Source: Actinomycetota bacterium (GTDB lineage: Bacteria; Actinomycetota; Acidimicrobiia; Acidimicrobiales; MedAcidi-G1). Taken from it: a stretch of 64,000 nucleotides of DNA. The position numbers were made by a program, and so were the translations under genes. How positions within the stretch are numbered: the first letter of the stretch is position 1; every line of letters begins with the position of its first letter. Of this stretch, positions 8,708-19,213 are shown piece by piece. The notes beneath the pieces are model-generated. The model worked only from the letters and a program-made list of their open reading frames with translations. It did not search any database and was not told the DNA's origin. The stretch is from the NCBI GenBank assembly GCA_902634555.1, contig CACPKO010000002.1:1185-65184 (forward strand), in the 5' to 3' direction.

Positions 8708-10644
8708 GCATTTCAACAATTCTGGTAGCGAACCGTGGTGAAATCGCAGAACGTGTTTTCGCTACCGCTAAAGATATGGGCTTACGCTGCGTCGCTGTTT
8801 ATTCACAAGCAGACGCAAACTCTTCTTTTGTGAACACTGCTGATCTCGCTGTACATATTTCTGGATACCTTGACGGCGAAGCCATCATCGCTGCAGCTTT
8901 GAAAACGGAAGCAGACGCCATCCACCCTGGGTACGGATTTCTTTCAGAAAACGCAGAGTTCGCTCAAGCAGTAACTGATGCAGGGCTTATTTGGATAGGC
9001 CCTTCACCAAAAGTGATCAAATCTATGGGCGACAAAATAGAAGCCAAAAAAGCTGCTGTTGATGCCAAAGTGCCAATACTTCCCTCTTCTGATGACCCTA
9101 TGGCCGGAGACGCCGTGGGATACCCCTTGCTTGTGAAAGCAGCTGCAGGCGGCGGCGGTAAAGGAATGCACGTAGTTCAATCTTCAAAGGACCTGTCTGA
9201 AGCCGTTGAATCAGCACAGCGCGAAGCCTTGAAATCTTTCGGAGATGACCGAGTCTTCATTGAACGTTACGTTCCAAGCTCTCATCACATTGAGATTCAA
9301 ATACTTGGCGACAGCCACGGCAATCTCATCCATTTAGGAGAACGAGAGTGTTCAATTCAACGACGCCATCAAAAAATCATCGAAGAAGCCCCTTCGCCCA
9401 CAATTGATTCTGAACTGCGGAACTCAATCGCTAAAGCAGCATTGAATCTCGCTAAAACCATCGGATACGAATCAACAGGAACAGTCGAGTTCCTTTTAGA
9501 CCACGACTCTAAAGAATTCTTCTTTCTTGAAGTAAACACTCGTTTACAAGTTGAACATCCAGTTACTGAGGAAACCACCGGAATCGATTTAGTGCGTCAA
9601 CAAATCCTTGTCGCTCAAGGAGAAAAGATGGAATGCACTCAGGAGAGTATCTCTTCAGACGGGCACTCTATTGAAGCGCGACTCTACGCTGAAGATCCTT
9701 CAAATAACTTTCTTCCTGCTATCGGAACTCTGTCAGCCTTTAAAGTTCCTGAGAATCCAAATATTCGCTGGGATGTAGGCGTTTCTAAAGGAACGGAAGT
9801 TGGTGTTCAATTCGACCCGATGCTGGCCAAGGTCACATCAAAAGGTTCAACCCGTAAAGAAGCAGCTCTGCGGCTCGCAAAAGCCCTTGAGGAACTTCAT
9901 CTTGGCGGAATAATTACGAATCGTGAATTCCTTATTTCGACTCTGCGGCACGAAGCTTTTCTTGCCGGCGATACAACCACTGATTTCATTGAAAGGCATA
10001 GTCCCGACAACAGCAACTTTTTAACCAGCGATGAGATTTCTCGTGCGGCAGCAATTGCGGCCCTCTGGATCCAAGGAGAAAACAGGTCAGCTGCGCTAGT
10101 TCTTGATCAGACTCCTAGCGGTTGGAGGAACTCTCGTTTCCCCGACCAACAAATTTCCTTTACCTCAGGGGACGTACAGTACGACGTCGCTTATCACAGC
10201 AACAGAGACGGATCTTTTACGTTAAATGGAGTTGACCAAACTCGCGTTCATCGCCACTCTGTAAATGATATCGATGTTGAAATCGGTGACATCCGATCCA
10301 CGCATCTTGTCACTAGAGCAAAAGATGAAATCTTTATTCAAATGGATCGTGGTACCGCTCATCTGTCAATCATTCCTCATTTCATACCGCCCGGAACAAA
10401 TGAAGTCGCTGATGGGCTTGTCTCACCAATGCCAGGTGTCGTGCTTGACATCAGAGTGCAAGTTGGAGACGTCGTAGAAGCTGGACAAACACTTCTTGTT
10501 CTCGAAGCTATGAAAATGGAGCACCACATCAATGCTCCAGAAGAAGGGACTGTCACGGAGATACTTGTTGCTGTAGGACAACAAATTGAACAAGGTGTCG
10601 CCATGATGGTCATCGACGACGGGTCAGAGAAACAAGATGACTGA
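8704..10644 (+). CDS. Acyl-CoA carboxylase alpha subunit (biotin carboxylase + biotinyl domain), AtuF/AccA2-like
   Basis: ANRGEIA, HPGYGFLSEN, GGGGKGM, RECSIQRRHQK, EVNTRLQVEHPVTE, biotinylation motif EAMKME. Confidence 0.93.
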   Translation: MSISTILVANRGEIAERVFATAKDMGLRCVAVYSQADANSSFVNTADLAVHISGYLDGEAIIAAALKTEADAIHPGYGFLSENAEFAQAVTDAGLIWIGPSPKVIKSMGDKIEAKKAAVDAKVPILPSSDDPMAGDAVGYPLLVKAAAGGGGKGMHVVQSSKDLSEAVESAQREALKSFGDDRVFIERYVPSSHHIEIQILGDSHGNLIHLGERECSIQRRHQKIIEEAPSPTIDSELRNSIAKAALNLAKTIGYESTGTVEFLLDHDSKEFFFLEVNTRLQVEHPVTEETTGIDLVRQQILVAQGEKMECTQESISSDGHSIEARLYAEDPSNNFLPAIGTLSAFKVPENPNIRWDVGVSKGTEVGVQFDPMLAKVTSKGSTRKEAALRLAKALEELHLGGIITNREFLISTLRHEAFLAGDTTTDFIERHSPDNSNFLTSDEISRAAAIAALWIQGENRSAALVLDQTPSGWRNSRFPDQQISFTSGDVQYDVAYHSNRDGSFTLNGVDQTRVHRHSVNDIDVEIGDIRSTHLVTRAKDEIFIQMDRGTAHLSIIPHFIPPGTNEVADGLVSPMPGVVLDIRVQVGDVVEAGQTLLVLEAMKMEHHINAPEEGTVTEILVAVGQQIEQGVAMMVIDDGSEKQDD

Positions 10645-12391
10645 ACCGATACGCATAGCGAACTGTTCAGGATTTTATGGTGATCGACTAACCGCAGCAG
10701 CAGAAATGGTCGAAGGCGGCCCCATAGATGTTCTCACCGGAGACTGGCTTGCTGAATTAACAATGTTGATCTTGGCCCGAACGCAAGCTAAACGCCCCGG
10801 CGGAGGCTACGCAAGAAGTTTCGTCTCTCAGATGGAACAAGTCATGGGAACCTGTCTTGATAAAAACATTAAAGTGGTTTCAAACGCAGGAGGGTTAGAC
10901 CCCGATAGTTGCGCCGAAGCAGTTTCTGAAGTAGCAGAAAAACTGGGATTGAAACCATCCATTGCTTACGTTACTGGAGACAATCTTTTACCTCGTCTAG
11001 ATGAACTACTTGAGGCAGGGATTGACCTTTCGCATTTTGAGACAGGCGAACCGTTAGGTGACGCTTCTCGATTCATCAGCGCGAATGCTTATCTCGGCTG
11101 TTGGGGAATAGTTGAAGCTTTAAATCAAGGCGCAGACATAGTCATTACTGGCCGAGTCACCGATGCTGCAGTGGTGTGTGGTCCAGCCGCATGGCATCAC
11201 AAATGGAAGAAAACCAACTGGAATGAACTTGCGGGTGCCGTAGCAGCCGGCCACGTAATTGAATGCGGAACTCAAGCAACCGGCGGAAACTACTCTTTCT
11301 TCACTGAAGTACCCGGTATGACCCGAACCGGTTTCCCTTGGGCTGACATCGCTTCAGATGGTTCCTCAATCATCGGAAAGCATGACAACACCGGCGGCGA
11401 GGTCTCTGTTGGAACAGTAACTTCTCAACTCCTTTATGAAATTGGATCACCGTCATATTTAGGTCCTGATGTAACTACCCGCTTTGACACAATAAAACTT
11501 GAACAAGTTGAACCTGACCGTGTGTTAATGAGCAACACTTGCGGCGAGCCTCCTCCAGAAACTCTCAAAGTAGCGATGAATGAACTTGGCGGATATCGAA
11601 GCGACCTTTCTGTCGCTTTAACCGGTCTCGATATTGAAGAAAAAGCTGAACTTGTTGACGCTGCTTTTTGGGAAGCATGCCCTTACCAGCCTTCAGATTT
11701 TTCTGAAGTAACCACTCGCATAATACGAACCGACAAGCCTGATCCTCAAAGCAACGAAGAAGCAGTCGCTTTCTGGCGACTATCAGTGAAAGACTCCGAT
11801 GAACGCAAGGTTGGGCGAGCTCTCTCAAACGCGGTGAACGAATTAGCTTTAGCGACAATCCCTGGCATGTTTGGGGTAGGTGGCCGCGGAGCTCATGTCT
11901 ATGGCGTCTACCGCCCAGCAATTGTGCCCTCAGACCTAGTTCCGCAATACGTGTCAATGCTTGACGGCAACCAGACCGTAGTTGAGTCAACGATTCCAGA
12001 CGATCAGGTTTCCATTGAACCGCTCGCCGCCCCTCCAGCAGATCCTCCAACCGGAGAAACTGTCACATCGCCTATTGGTCGAATCATTGGTACTAGATCA
12101 GGAGATAAAGGCGGAAATGCAAACCTTGGAGTTTTCGCTCGTGATCCACAAGCGTGGGCTTGGCTCAATAAATTCCTAACAACCGAGAAACTTCGAAGTC
12201 TTTTACCTGAAACTTCCGAAATGAAAATCGACCGATACGAACTCCCTAATATTCTTTCCTTGAATTTTGTTATTCATGGAATCCTTGAAGAGGGAGTTGC
12301 CGCATCTACTCGCCAAGACGGACAAGCAAAAAGTCTTGGAGAATGGCTTCGAGCCAGAGTTGTTGAAATACCGAAAGATCTTTTGGAGTAA
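10637..12391 (+). CDS. Acyclic terpene utilization AtuA-family protein (DUF1446)
   Basis: NCSGFYGDR, GDWLAELTM, ANAYLG, GRVTDAA, GHVIECG, RSGDKGGNAN, DGQAKSLGE. Confidence 0.92.
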   Translation: MTEPIRIANCSGFYGDRLTAAAEMVEGGPIDVLTGDWLAELTMLILARTQAKRPGGGYARSFVSQMEQVMGTCLDKNIKVVSNAGGLDPDSCAEAVSEVAEKLGLKPSIAYVTGDNLLPRLDELLEAGIDLSHFETGEPLGDASRFISANAYLGCWGIVEALNQGADIVITGRVTDAAVVCGPAAWHHKWKKTNWNELAGAVAAGHVIECGTQATGGNYSFFTEVPGMTRTGFPWADIASDGSSIIGKHDNTGGEVSVGTVTSQLLYEIGSPSYLGPDVTTRFDTIKLEQVEPDRVLMSNTCGEPPPETLKVAMNELGGYRSDLSVALTGLDIEEKAELVDAAFWEACPYQPSDFSEVTTRIIRTDKPDPQSNEEAVAFWRLSVKDSDERKVGRALSNAVNELALATIPGMFGVGGRGAHVYGVYRPAIVPSDLVPQYVSMLDGNQTVVESTIPDDQVSIEPLAAPPADPPTGETVTSPIGRIIGTRSGDKGGNANLGVFARDPQAWAWLNKFLTTEKLRSLLPETSEMKIDRYELPNILSLNFVIHGILEEGVAASTRQDGQAKSLGEWLRARVVEIPKDLLE

Positions 12392-12393
12392 TT

Positions 12394-13614
12394 ATGGATT
12401 TTGACTTTCCACCAGATGACGATCCGAGACGCCTGGAAATAAGAGATTGGATCAAAGCCAATCCTTCTCCAAGCCCGGAAGAACTCTTAGACGCAGGGTA
12501 CATCGTGCCTCATTGGCCAGAGCCATATGGGATTTCTGCGGATCCCATGCATCAACTCATCATTGACGATGAACTTAGACGTGCAGGCATTCAAAGGCCA
12601 GCGAACGCTATAGGTATCGGATGGGCGGGTCCTACTATTTTGCTTGAAGGGACTGAAGAGCAAAAAGAACGCTACCTCCGACCAATTCTCACCGGTGAGG
12701 AGTACTGGTGTCAGATGTTTAGCGAACCAGATGCGGGATCCGATCTCGCTAATCTCTCCACTCGCGCTGTCCGAGATGGAGACGAATACATCATAAATGG
12801 ATCAAAAATTTGGACTAGCGGTGGACACTATTCAAAGTTCGGGATACTTATAGCAAGAACCGACCCTGATGTTCCTAAACACAAAGGAATTTCTTACTTC
12901 ATCTGCCCAACAGATCTTCCAGGGTTAAGCATGACCCCAATTGTTGATATGACCACGGCTCATTCATTCAACCAAGTGTTCTTCGACAACGTCCGTCTTC
13001 CAGCAGAAATGCTTGTCGGGCAAGAAGGCGACGGCTGGAGGTTGGCCAAAATGACTCTTTCTAATGAAAGGGTTTCGCTCTCTTCTGCTGGTTCCCTCTG
13101 GGGTACCGGTCCTTCAGCTAATACTTTGTTTGATCTTGTTCGAGAAAGCGGAGGAGCTCAAGATCCGTTGCTTCGTCAAGAACTTGCTGCCCTTTACTGC
13201 GAATCGGAAGTTCTTAGACTCAATCGTTTACGAACCCTCAGCGCTCGTCTCGCTGGGCGAACTCCTGGAGCGGAGGCCTCCATTCAAAAGGCAATGGCCG
13301 ACGATCACGGGCAACATGTTTTAGAAATGGCAAAACGGTTAACTGGTGCCAGCGGCATGCTTGAAGGATCTGGGCCTGAAGGTGAAGTTCCTGAAATGGG
13401 GCGAAGCGGACCGACTGAAGTTCGTTCAGATTCTTCGCTCTTTCCTAATGTTGATCCTATTTGGCATTACGGATTCATCTTCTCCCCTGCTTTGACTCTT
13501 GGCGGCGGCACTTTTGCGGTACAAAGAAATATTGTTGCGGAAATGGTTCTGGGATTACCACGTGATATCAATGTAGAAAAAGGAATGACTTGGTCAGAGG
13601 CTCGACGGGCATGA
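12394..13614 (+). CDS. Acyl-CoA dehydrogenase
   Basis: WCQMFSEPDAGSDLA, NGSKIWTS, FNQVFFDNV, GGTFAVQRNIVAE. Confidence 0.9.
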   Translation: MDFDFPPDDDPRRLEIRDWIKANPSPSPEELLDAGYIVPHWPEPYGISADPMHQLIIDDELRRAGIQRPANAIGIGWAGPTILLEGTEEQKERYLRPILTGEEYWCQMFSEPDAGSDLANLSTRAVRDGDEYIINGSKIWTSGGHYSKFGILIARTDPDVPKHKGISYFICPTDLPGLSMTPIVDMTTAHSFNQVFFDNVRLPAEMLVGQEGDGWRLAKMTLSNERVSLSSAGSLWGTGPSANTLFDLVRESGGAQDPLLRQELAALYCESEVLRLNRLRTLSARLAGRTPGAEASIQKAMADDHGQHVLEMAKRLTGASGMLEGSGPEGEVPEMGRSGPTEVRSDSSLFPNVDPIWHYGFIFSPALTLGGGTFAVQRNIVAEMVLGLPRDINVEKGMTWSEARRA

Positions 13615-14294
13615 CTGTTAATGCTCTAGTTGAAGAAACTTCTAGCCTTCTTGTTCGACTGCGTGAAGTTCCTGCTCCTAAACCAATTATTTCGCGGCAG
13701 AGAGAAGAAGAGTTAACGCAGCGACAACGCGAAGTCTTAGATCAGTTAAGTGACCTTTTTGATGAAGGGTTCGCCGAAATAACGATGTCGGAAATTGCTT
13801 CGAAGGTTAATTGTTCGCTCAGAACTCTTTACGAAATCGCTGAAAGTAAAGATGAGCTAGTTTTAATTGTTATTGACCGCAATCTCCGCAAAGTTGGACG
13901 TAGCGCTATTGAAATAATTAACCCATGGATGGCTCCTTTAGGAGCTATACGTCTTTATCTCGAAGCTGCGACCATAGCTGTGGAGAACACCACTGAAGAG
14001 TTCGCAAGGGATCTTGAGGTAGTACCTAGCGCACAGAAACTGAGCAAAGACCATTCAGACTATTTGGTGGCTATCACTCGAAGTCTTTTAGATCTCGCTG
14101 TCGAACGTGAAGATATAGCAGATGTTGATACTGCCGCTGTTGCTCGTGTTGTGGCTGGTTTAGGTCGCGACTTTGCACATGTTGATGTTATGAAAGATCT
14201 ACGCAGTTCTCCGAAAGCCGCTGCTGACGGTATGTTAGAAATCATTATGAGGGGTCTTGTTCTTACTGGCACGAAAGAATCTCCATGGATATAA
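13611..14294 (+). CDS. TetR/AcrR-family regulator
   Basis: GFAEITMSEIASKVNCSLRTLY HTH; ATGA overlap with the upstream stop. Confidence 0.85.
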   Translation: MTVNALVEETSSLLVRLREVPAPKPIISRQREEELTQRQREVLDQLSDLFDEGFAEITMSEIASKVNCSLRTLYEIAESKDELVLIVIDRNLRKVGRSAIEIINPWMAPLGAIRLYLEAATIAVENTTEEFARDLEVVPSAQKLSKDHSDYLVAITRSLLDLAVEREDIADVDTAAVARVVAGLGRDFAHVDVMKDLRSSPKAAADGMLEIIMRGLVLTGTKESPWI

Positions 14295-15082
14295 GTGATA
14301 TCGCTTTAGATCTACGAGATGAACAGCAGGCTCTTGACGACGTGGTGTCTGGACTTGACGACAGTTCTTGGAGTCTGGATACTCCTAGCCCCAGATGGAG
14401 TGTCGCTGACCAAATCGCTCATTTGACTTACTTTGACTACACAGCCGCCATTGCCATCTCTAACCCCGACCATTTTCAAGACCTAGTTAATGATTTAATT
14501 TCTAATGTAAGTGAAGAGTCAGATTCTGTAGATGAATTCACATTAGGCAAGTATCGGGAACTCTCCCCTGCGGAACTCTTAAAAGAGTGGAGATCTGAGA
14601 GGCAGCATCTCGCTGAAGCAGCTGAATCTCTTGAAGGCGATGCTCGTGTTGCCTGGTACGGTCCTTCAATGGGGGCACGTTCATTTCTTACTGCTCGACT
14701 GATGGAAGTTTGGGCACATGGGCAGAACATTGTAGATGCCGTCGATGGCTATCGGGCCCCTACCGAACGGTTACGCCATATCGCTCAACTAGGAGTCATC
14801 ACAAGACAGTGGACCTACATTAACCGAGGGTTAGAAGCCCCAAGCGACGACGTAACGGTAAACCTCACTTCCCCTAATGGAAATTTGTGGTCATGGGGGC
14901 CCGAAAACACTGACTCTTCTGTTCAAGGGCCAGCTGAAGATTTCTGTCTAGTGGTAACACAGCGAAGACATCTTGACGACACTTCTCTTGTCGTCCAAGG
15001 AGGCTCTGCTAGAGATTGGTTAACCAAAGCACAAGCTTTCGCTGGACCAGCCACCGATGGACCTACCCCGGAGAGTCGCTAA
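14285..15082 (+). CDS. TIGR03084-like metal-binding protein (MDMPI/DinB superfamily)
   Basis: WSVADQIAHL, ARLMEVWAHGQ, AEDFCLVVTQRRH, AQAFAGP. Confidence 0.85.
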   Translation: MDISDIALDLRDEQQALDDVVSGLDDSSWSLDTPSPRWSVADQIAHLTYFDYTAAIAISNPDHFQDLVNDLISNVSEESDSVDEFTLGKYRELSPAELLKEWRSERQHLAEAAESLEGDARVAWYGPSMGARSFLTARLMEVWAHGQNIVDAVDGYRAPTERLRHIAQLGVITRQWTYINRGLEAPSDDVTVNLTSPNGNLWSWGPENTDSSVQGPAEDFCLVVTQRRHLDDTSLVVQGGSARDWLTKAQAFAGPATDGPTPESR

Positions 15083-15840
15083 TGTCGCTCATAGAAACAG
15101 AGATGGACACAGGTGTTCTAACCGTCACCTTGAATGATCCGGAAAACCGTAACACTCTGAGTTCTGAGTTAACTTTCGAACTGGTCGAAACTCTAGATGC
15201 AGCAGATAACGATCCAGAAGTTCGAGTCATAGTGTTAACAAACGCCGGAAAAGTTTTCTGCGCAGGTGCTGACCTATCGCAGCGCTCTAAAGGGACTAAA
15301 ACTTCAAAATCGGTAAACCCTCTTGACCTATTTGGCCGATTCCGGAAGTCACCTAAACCTTATATTGGGAGAATCGCCGGTCATTGCGTAGCTGGTGGCA
15401 TGGGGCTTGCTGCAGCAATGGACCTATCGGTAGCGATAGAGGACGCTAAATTTGGTTTTACCGAAGTAAGAATCGGGGTAGCGCCAGCCATGATCTCTGT
15501 TTTATGTCTACCTAAGATGCGTCCCGCTGAAGCTGCGGAAGCAATGCTTCTCGGGAATCGGATGACTGGAGCTGACGCAGCACGTCTGGGGTTGGTAAAT
15601 CAAGCGGTTCCGGCTGAGAAATTAGATGCCGCTGTACAAAAATATGTGAATGACCTTTTAGCCGGTGGACCGAATGCTCTTGCAGCCACGAAACAGCTGC
15701 TCGTTCAAGTTCCAGAGATGGATGTTGATTCAGCATTTGAATGGACTTCAAAACTTTCAGCTGATCTCTTCCAAGGAGATGAAGCTAAAGAGGGAATGGA
15801 TGCTTTCCTCAATAAGCGTCCACCTAATTGGATCAAATGA
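15082..15840 (+). CDS. Enoyl-CoA hydratase (AtuE/LiuC-like)
   Basis: FCAGADL, AGGMGL, FGFTEVRIGVAP; TAATG overlap fixes the start at 15082. Confidence 0.9.
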   Translation: MSLIETEMDTGVLTVTLNDPENRNTLSSELTFELVETLDAADNDPEVRVIVLTNAGKVFCAGADLSQRSKGTKTSKSVNPLDLFGRFRKSPKPYIGRIAGHCVAGGMGLAAAMDLSVAIEDAKFGFTEVRIGVAPAMISVLCLPKMRPAEAAEAMLLGNRMTGADAARLGLVNQAVPAEKLDAAVQKYVNDLLAGGPNALAATKQLLVQVPEMDVDSAFEWTSKLSADLFQGDEAKEGMDAFLNKRPPNWIK

Positions 15841-15845
15841 AGTAA

Positions 15846-16880
15846 ATGGCTAACCAGCGACAGTTTTCTGCGCATGAATCAGGTAGATCGGCTCGCTTAA
15901 AGCGAAGATCAGTCACTGTTCCTGCAATCCTTTTCTCTTTCCTCATTGGGCTCGGCCTTTACGTTCCAACAGTCCTATTAGCAGCCTTCGTTGATTTGTG
16001 CCGTAGGAAACCTTTACCAACGGTTCGCCTTCTTACTTACGGCTTATGGTGGCTTGGAATCGAATCTGGAGGCATCTTAAGAGCTGCTTTTCTTTGGCTT
16101 AGATTTACTCCACGTCAACAGCTCACTTCTGACCATTCTTTGAAAGCCCACAGCAACTTGCAATATTGGTGGACGAGCAACCTTATCCGAGGAGCTAAAT
16201 CGCTTCTCGGGCTTAGATTCAAACTCGAGGGGCAAGAATCTCTTGAAGTTGGAGGCCCGCTAGTGGTCCTTGCCAGACACGGAAGTCAGGGAGATGCCTT
16301 ACTGGTAGCTGCAGTTCTCGCCGAAACTGGGTTACGCCCACGCTTCATTGTCAAACGTCAACTTCTTTGGGATCCATGCCTTGATATTGTTGGGCATCGA
16401 ATTCCGAACTATTTCGTAGATCGAGACACTAAGGACAATCGAGCCGAAATTGAAAATATCGGAGCTCTAGCCAGAGACTTAGAGCCCGATGAAGCAATAG
16501 TCATCTTCCCAGAAGGAACAAGATTTTCACCAAACAAATTGAAAAGGGCTATTGAAATGCTTTCTATCACAGCCCCAGAAAGAGTGGAGTCGGCTCAGCG
16601 ACTCTCTTGTGTTTTGCCAGTGCGCACCCCAGGATTTTTATCTATTCTTGAAAACAACCAAGATGCAGATGTGATTCTCTTAAACCATGTCGGAGTCACT
16701 GATTTCAAGAATTTGCGTGACCTTTGGAGAAATATTCCTTTTCCAGCTCCCCTTCATTTTAATACAGAGCGATTGCCAAGATCTGAGTTGCCGCCAATAT
16801 CAGAACCAAAGGCTTTGATTGAGAACATTGACCAACTATGGGAGAAGTTTGATCAATGGGTGCTGTCTAACCAGGAATAA
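15846..16880 (+). CDS. PlsC-family acyltransferase
   Basis: HxxxxD (HGSQGD) and IFPEGTR motifs; N-terminal TM segment. Confidence 0.85.
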   Translation: MANQRQFSAHESGRSARLKRRSVTVPAILFSFLIGLGLYVPTVLLAAFVDLCRRKPLPTVRLLTYGLWWLGIESGGILRAAFLWLRFTPRQQLTSDHSLKAHSNLQYWWTSNLIRGAKSLLGLRFKLEGQESLEVGGPLVVLARHGSQGDALLVAAVLAETGLRPRFIVKRQLLWDPCLDIVGHRIPNYFVDRDTKDNRAEIENIGALARDLEPDEAIVIFPEGTRFSPNKLKRAIEMLSITAPERVESAQRLSCVLPVRTPGFLSILENNQDADVILLNHVGVTDFKNLRDLWRNIPFPAPLHFNTERLPRSELPPISEPKALIENIDQLWEKFDQWVLSNQE

Positions 16881-17765
16881 TTAACGGCGGAATTTCAAGA
16901 AAAGCACTGGAGTTTCTTTCTTATACCTCTGGTATTCAGGGTTGTCTCCCCAACGTTTATTTGCGCTTGCTTCTAGCATCGGAATTCCACTGATTTTAGA
17001 GAGAAGCAAGTAAACGAATACCGGTGAAACCAAAGTCACAAAAGTCCATCCCGAGAGAACCGGAAGAGCGATGACTGCTATACCAATCCAGAGAGTTATT
17101 TCGCCAAAATAGTTTGGGTGCCGAGAATACTTCCAAAGACCAGATCGGATGAACGTTCCTCGGTTAACTTGGTGCCCTTGGTCATTGATCTCATTACGGA
17201 ATCGGCGTTTTTGTTCATCTGCAGTGATTTCGATCACAAATCCAATGATCCAAATAGACAGACCTGCTATTCCAAGAACACTGAACTTTTCTTGACCAGC
17301 TGCGGTAACTGCGGCAAGGGCTGCAGCGGAAGTCAGAAATACCCATAAACCTTGCAGAGTCCAGGTCATCAAGAACCAGAAAAAGTCATATTTCATAACA
17401 TCAAAGCGAGTATCTGCTCCTACTGATTTAACGCGTGTGTACAGGAATGTTCCTAATCGAACTGCCCAGAATCCAACCATGAACGTCAGGAGCGTCGCTC
17501 TAAGATCCAGCGAAGGGATTGTGAGTGCAGCGAAAATTGTCACGGTCAAATAAGTAAGAGATCCTGTGAGGTCAAAGAAATGTTCAGAATGGTTCTTCCA
17601 TGCGGGAATAAAAGCTATCCATTGGACACCGAAAGAAATAATTGCGCACCATGCAAAAATCGGCATACCGCCAAATGATTCGCTATTTGACGCCCCTGCT
17701 AAAGCGACCAGTGTCCCCACAATGACTGCTACCACTGTTGAAAGGATTGTTACTTTCCTAGCCAT
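16881..17765 (-). CDS. DUF1295 / steroid 5-alpha-reductase-like membrane protein
   Basis: FFDLTGSLTY, ADEQK, GLWKYSRHPNYFGE, SGIPMLE. Confidence 0.9.
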   Translation of the reverse strand: MARKVTILSTVVAVIVGTLVALAGASNSESFGGMPIFAWCAIISFGVQWIAFIPAWKNHSEHFFDLTGSLTYLTVTIFAALTIPSLDLRATLLTFMVGFWAVRLGTFLYTRVKSVGADTRFDVMKYDFFWFLMTWTLQGLWVFLTSAAALAAVTAAGQEKFSVLGIAGLSIWIIGFVIEITADEQKRRFRNEINDQGHQVNRGTFIRSGLWKYSRHPNYFGEITLWIGIAVIALPVLSGWTFVTLVSPVFVYLLLSKISGIPMLEASANKRWGDNPEYQRYKKETPVLFLKFRR

Positions 17766-17769
17766 GTTC

Positions 17770-18657
17770 TTAGCCCTTCACTAATCCGAGCGCATTAAGG
17801 GCGCTTTCGAGATCGGGGGAATCAAACTGGAATCCGGATGTTTCAAGGACCTCCGGGAGGATTCTCTGGCTGGACAGAAGAAGACCATCTGCCATCTCCC
17901 CAAGAATTGTTCTCAGAGCAAATGATGGGGCCGGAAAGAACGCTGGCCTTTTAAGGGCTTTGGCGATTTGTTTCGTTAATTCTTTGTTTTGAAGAGGTTG
18001 AGGTGAAACGAGGTTAACCGGGCCTTCAATCTCACTGTCAATCATGTGTTGGAAAGCTCTAACTTCGTCTGTGAGTGTTATCCATGGCCACCATTGGTTT
18101 CCTTTGCCTAGTGGCCCCCCGAAACATAAGCGGATTGGAATCAATAATTTCTGTAAAGCTCCTCCAGATGGGGTGAAAACTATGCCTGTTCTTGCAAATG
18201 CGAGCCGTGTTTCAGATGGCACCACTGCTGCGGCTTCCCACTCTTGGCAAACCTCTGCAAGGAACCCGGTTCCTGGAGAAGATGATTCTGTCAGGATTTC
18301 ATCTCCTCGGTTCCCGTAAAAACCTACGGCTGAAGAAGAAACTAGAACTTTGGGAGGTGCATCAAGACGGTGAAGAGTTTGGGTAAGCAGTCGGGTTCCT
18401 TTGACTCGGCTTTCGAGAATCTTTTTCTTTTTTTTCTGTGTCCATCTGCCTTCTATTGTTTCTCCGGCAAGATGCACTACTGCTTCTACTCCTTCAATTT
18501 CTTTAGGATCAAGAGTTCCCTCTATCGGGTCCCAGGTGACGTCACCTTCACGACGTGCCGTTCGACCTATTCGTATAACTTGATCACCGCGTCCTTCAAG
18601 TTCTGCAACTAACGCTGAGCCGATGAGTCCTGATGCTCCTGTTATCGCTACTTTCAC
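17770..18657 (-). CDS. TIGR01777-family NAD-dependent epimerase/oxidoreductase
   Basis: TGASGLIG, VVHLAGE, SSAVGFYG, FLAEVCQEWE; GTG at 18657 follows a GAGGAG SD. Confidence 0.88.
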   Translation of the reverse strand: MKVAITGASGLIGSALVAELEGRGDQVIRIGRTARREGDVTWDPIEGTLDPKEIEGVEAVVHLAGETIEGRWTQKKKKKILESRVKGTRLLTQTLHRLDAPPKVLVSSSAVGFYGNRGDEILTESSSPGTGFLAEVCQEWEAAAVVPSETRLAFARTGIVFTPSGGALQKLLIPIRLCFGGPLGKGNQWWPWITLTDEVRAFQHMIDSEIEGPVNLVSPQPLQNKELTKQIAKALKRPAFFPAPSFALRTILGEMADGLLLSSQRILPEVLETSGFQFDSPDLESALNALGLVKG

Positions 18658-18766
18658 TTTTCTCCTCATTGTCTTTTCGATGTGGTTGAATAAAACTGTA
18701 TCGCCCATGAAGTAGTGGACTTCTAAGGGCGTAGGGTAATAAATTGTAGATTCTCTGAAGAGGCTA

Positions 18767-19207
18767 ATGATGTCAATGATCACAATCTCTATAAAAATTT
18801 CTCTTCCACGAGAAGAGGTGTGGAAACAAATCGCCGATCTTGAATCGCATACCGCCTGGATGGCTGATGCTGAAACTATCACCATCACTTCCGACAAGAA
18901 TCAGGGAGTAGGAACCACTTTTGATTGTGAAACAAAAGTAGGGCCTTTTCGTTTAACAGATCGTATGGAAATCACTGACTGGCAAGAGAACTTAATTATG
19001 GGTGTTGCCCATAGTGGAGTAGTAACAGGTAGAGGCCATTTCACTCTTGAAAGTACCAGTGATTCTGAAACTCTATTTTCTTGGGAAGAAACTCTTCGTT
19101 TCCCGTGGTGGATGGGTGGACCGATAGGTGCCTTATTTGCACGACCTGTGTTAAAAGCAATTTGGAAACGAAACCTGAAGCGTCTTAAAAATATTCTTGA
19201 GGAGTAA
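18767..19207 (+). CDS. SRPBCC/START-family protein
   Basis: EVWKQIAD..H..WM, GVGTTF, C-terminal helix WKRNLKRLK. Confidence 0.8.
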   Translation: MMSMITISIKISLPREEVWKQIADLESHTAWMADAETITITSDKNQGVGTTFDCETKVGPFRLTDRMEITDWQENLIMGVAHSGVVTGRGHFTLESTSDSETLFSWEETLRFPWWMGGPIGALFARPVLKAIWKRNLKRLKNILEE

Positions 19208-19213
19208 GCCTAA

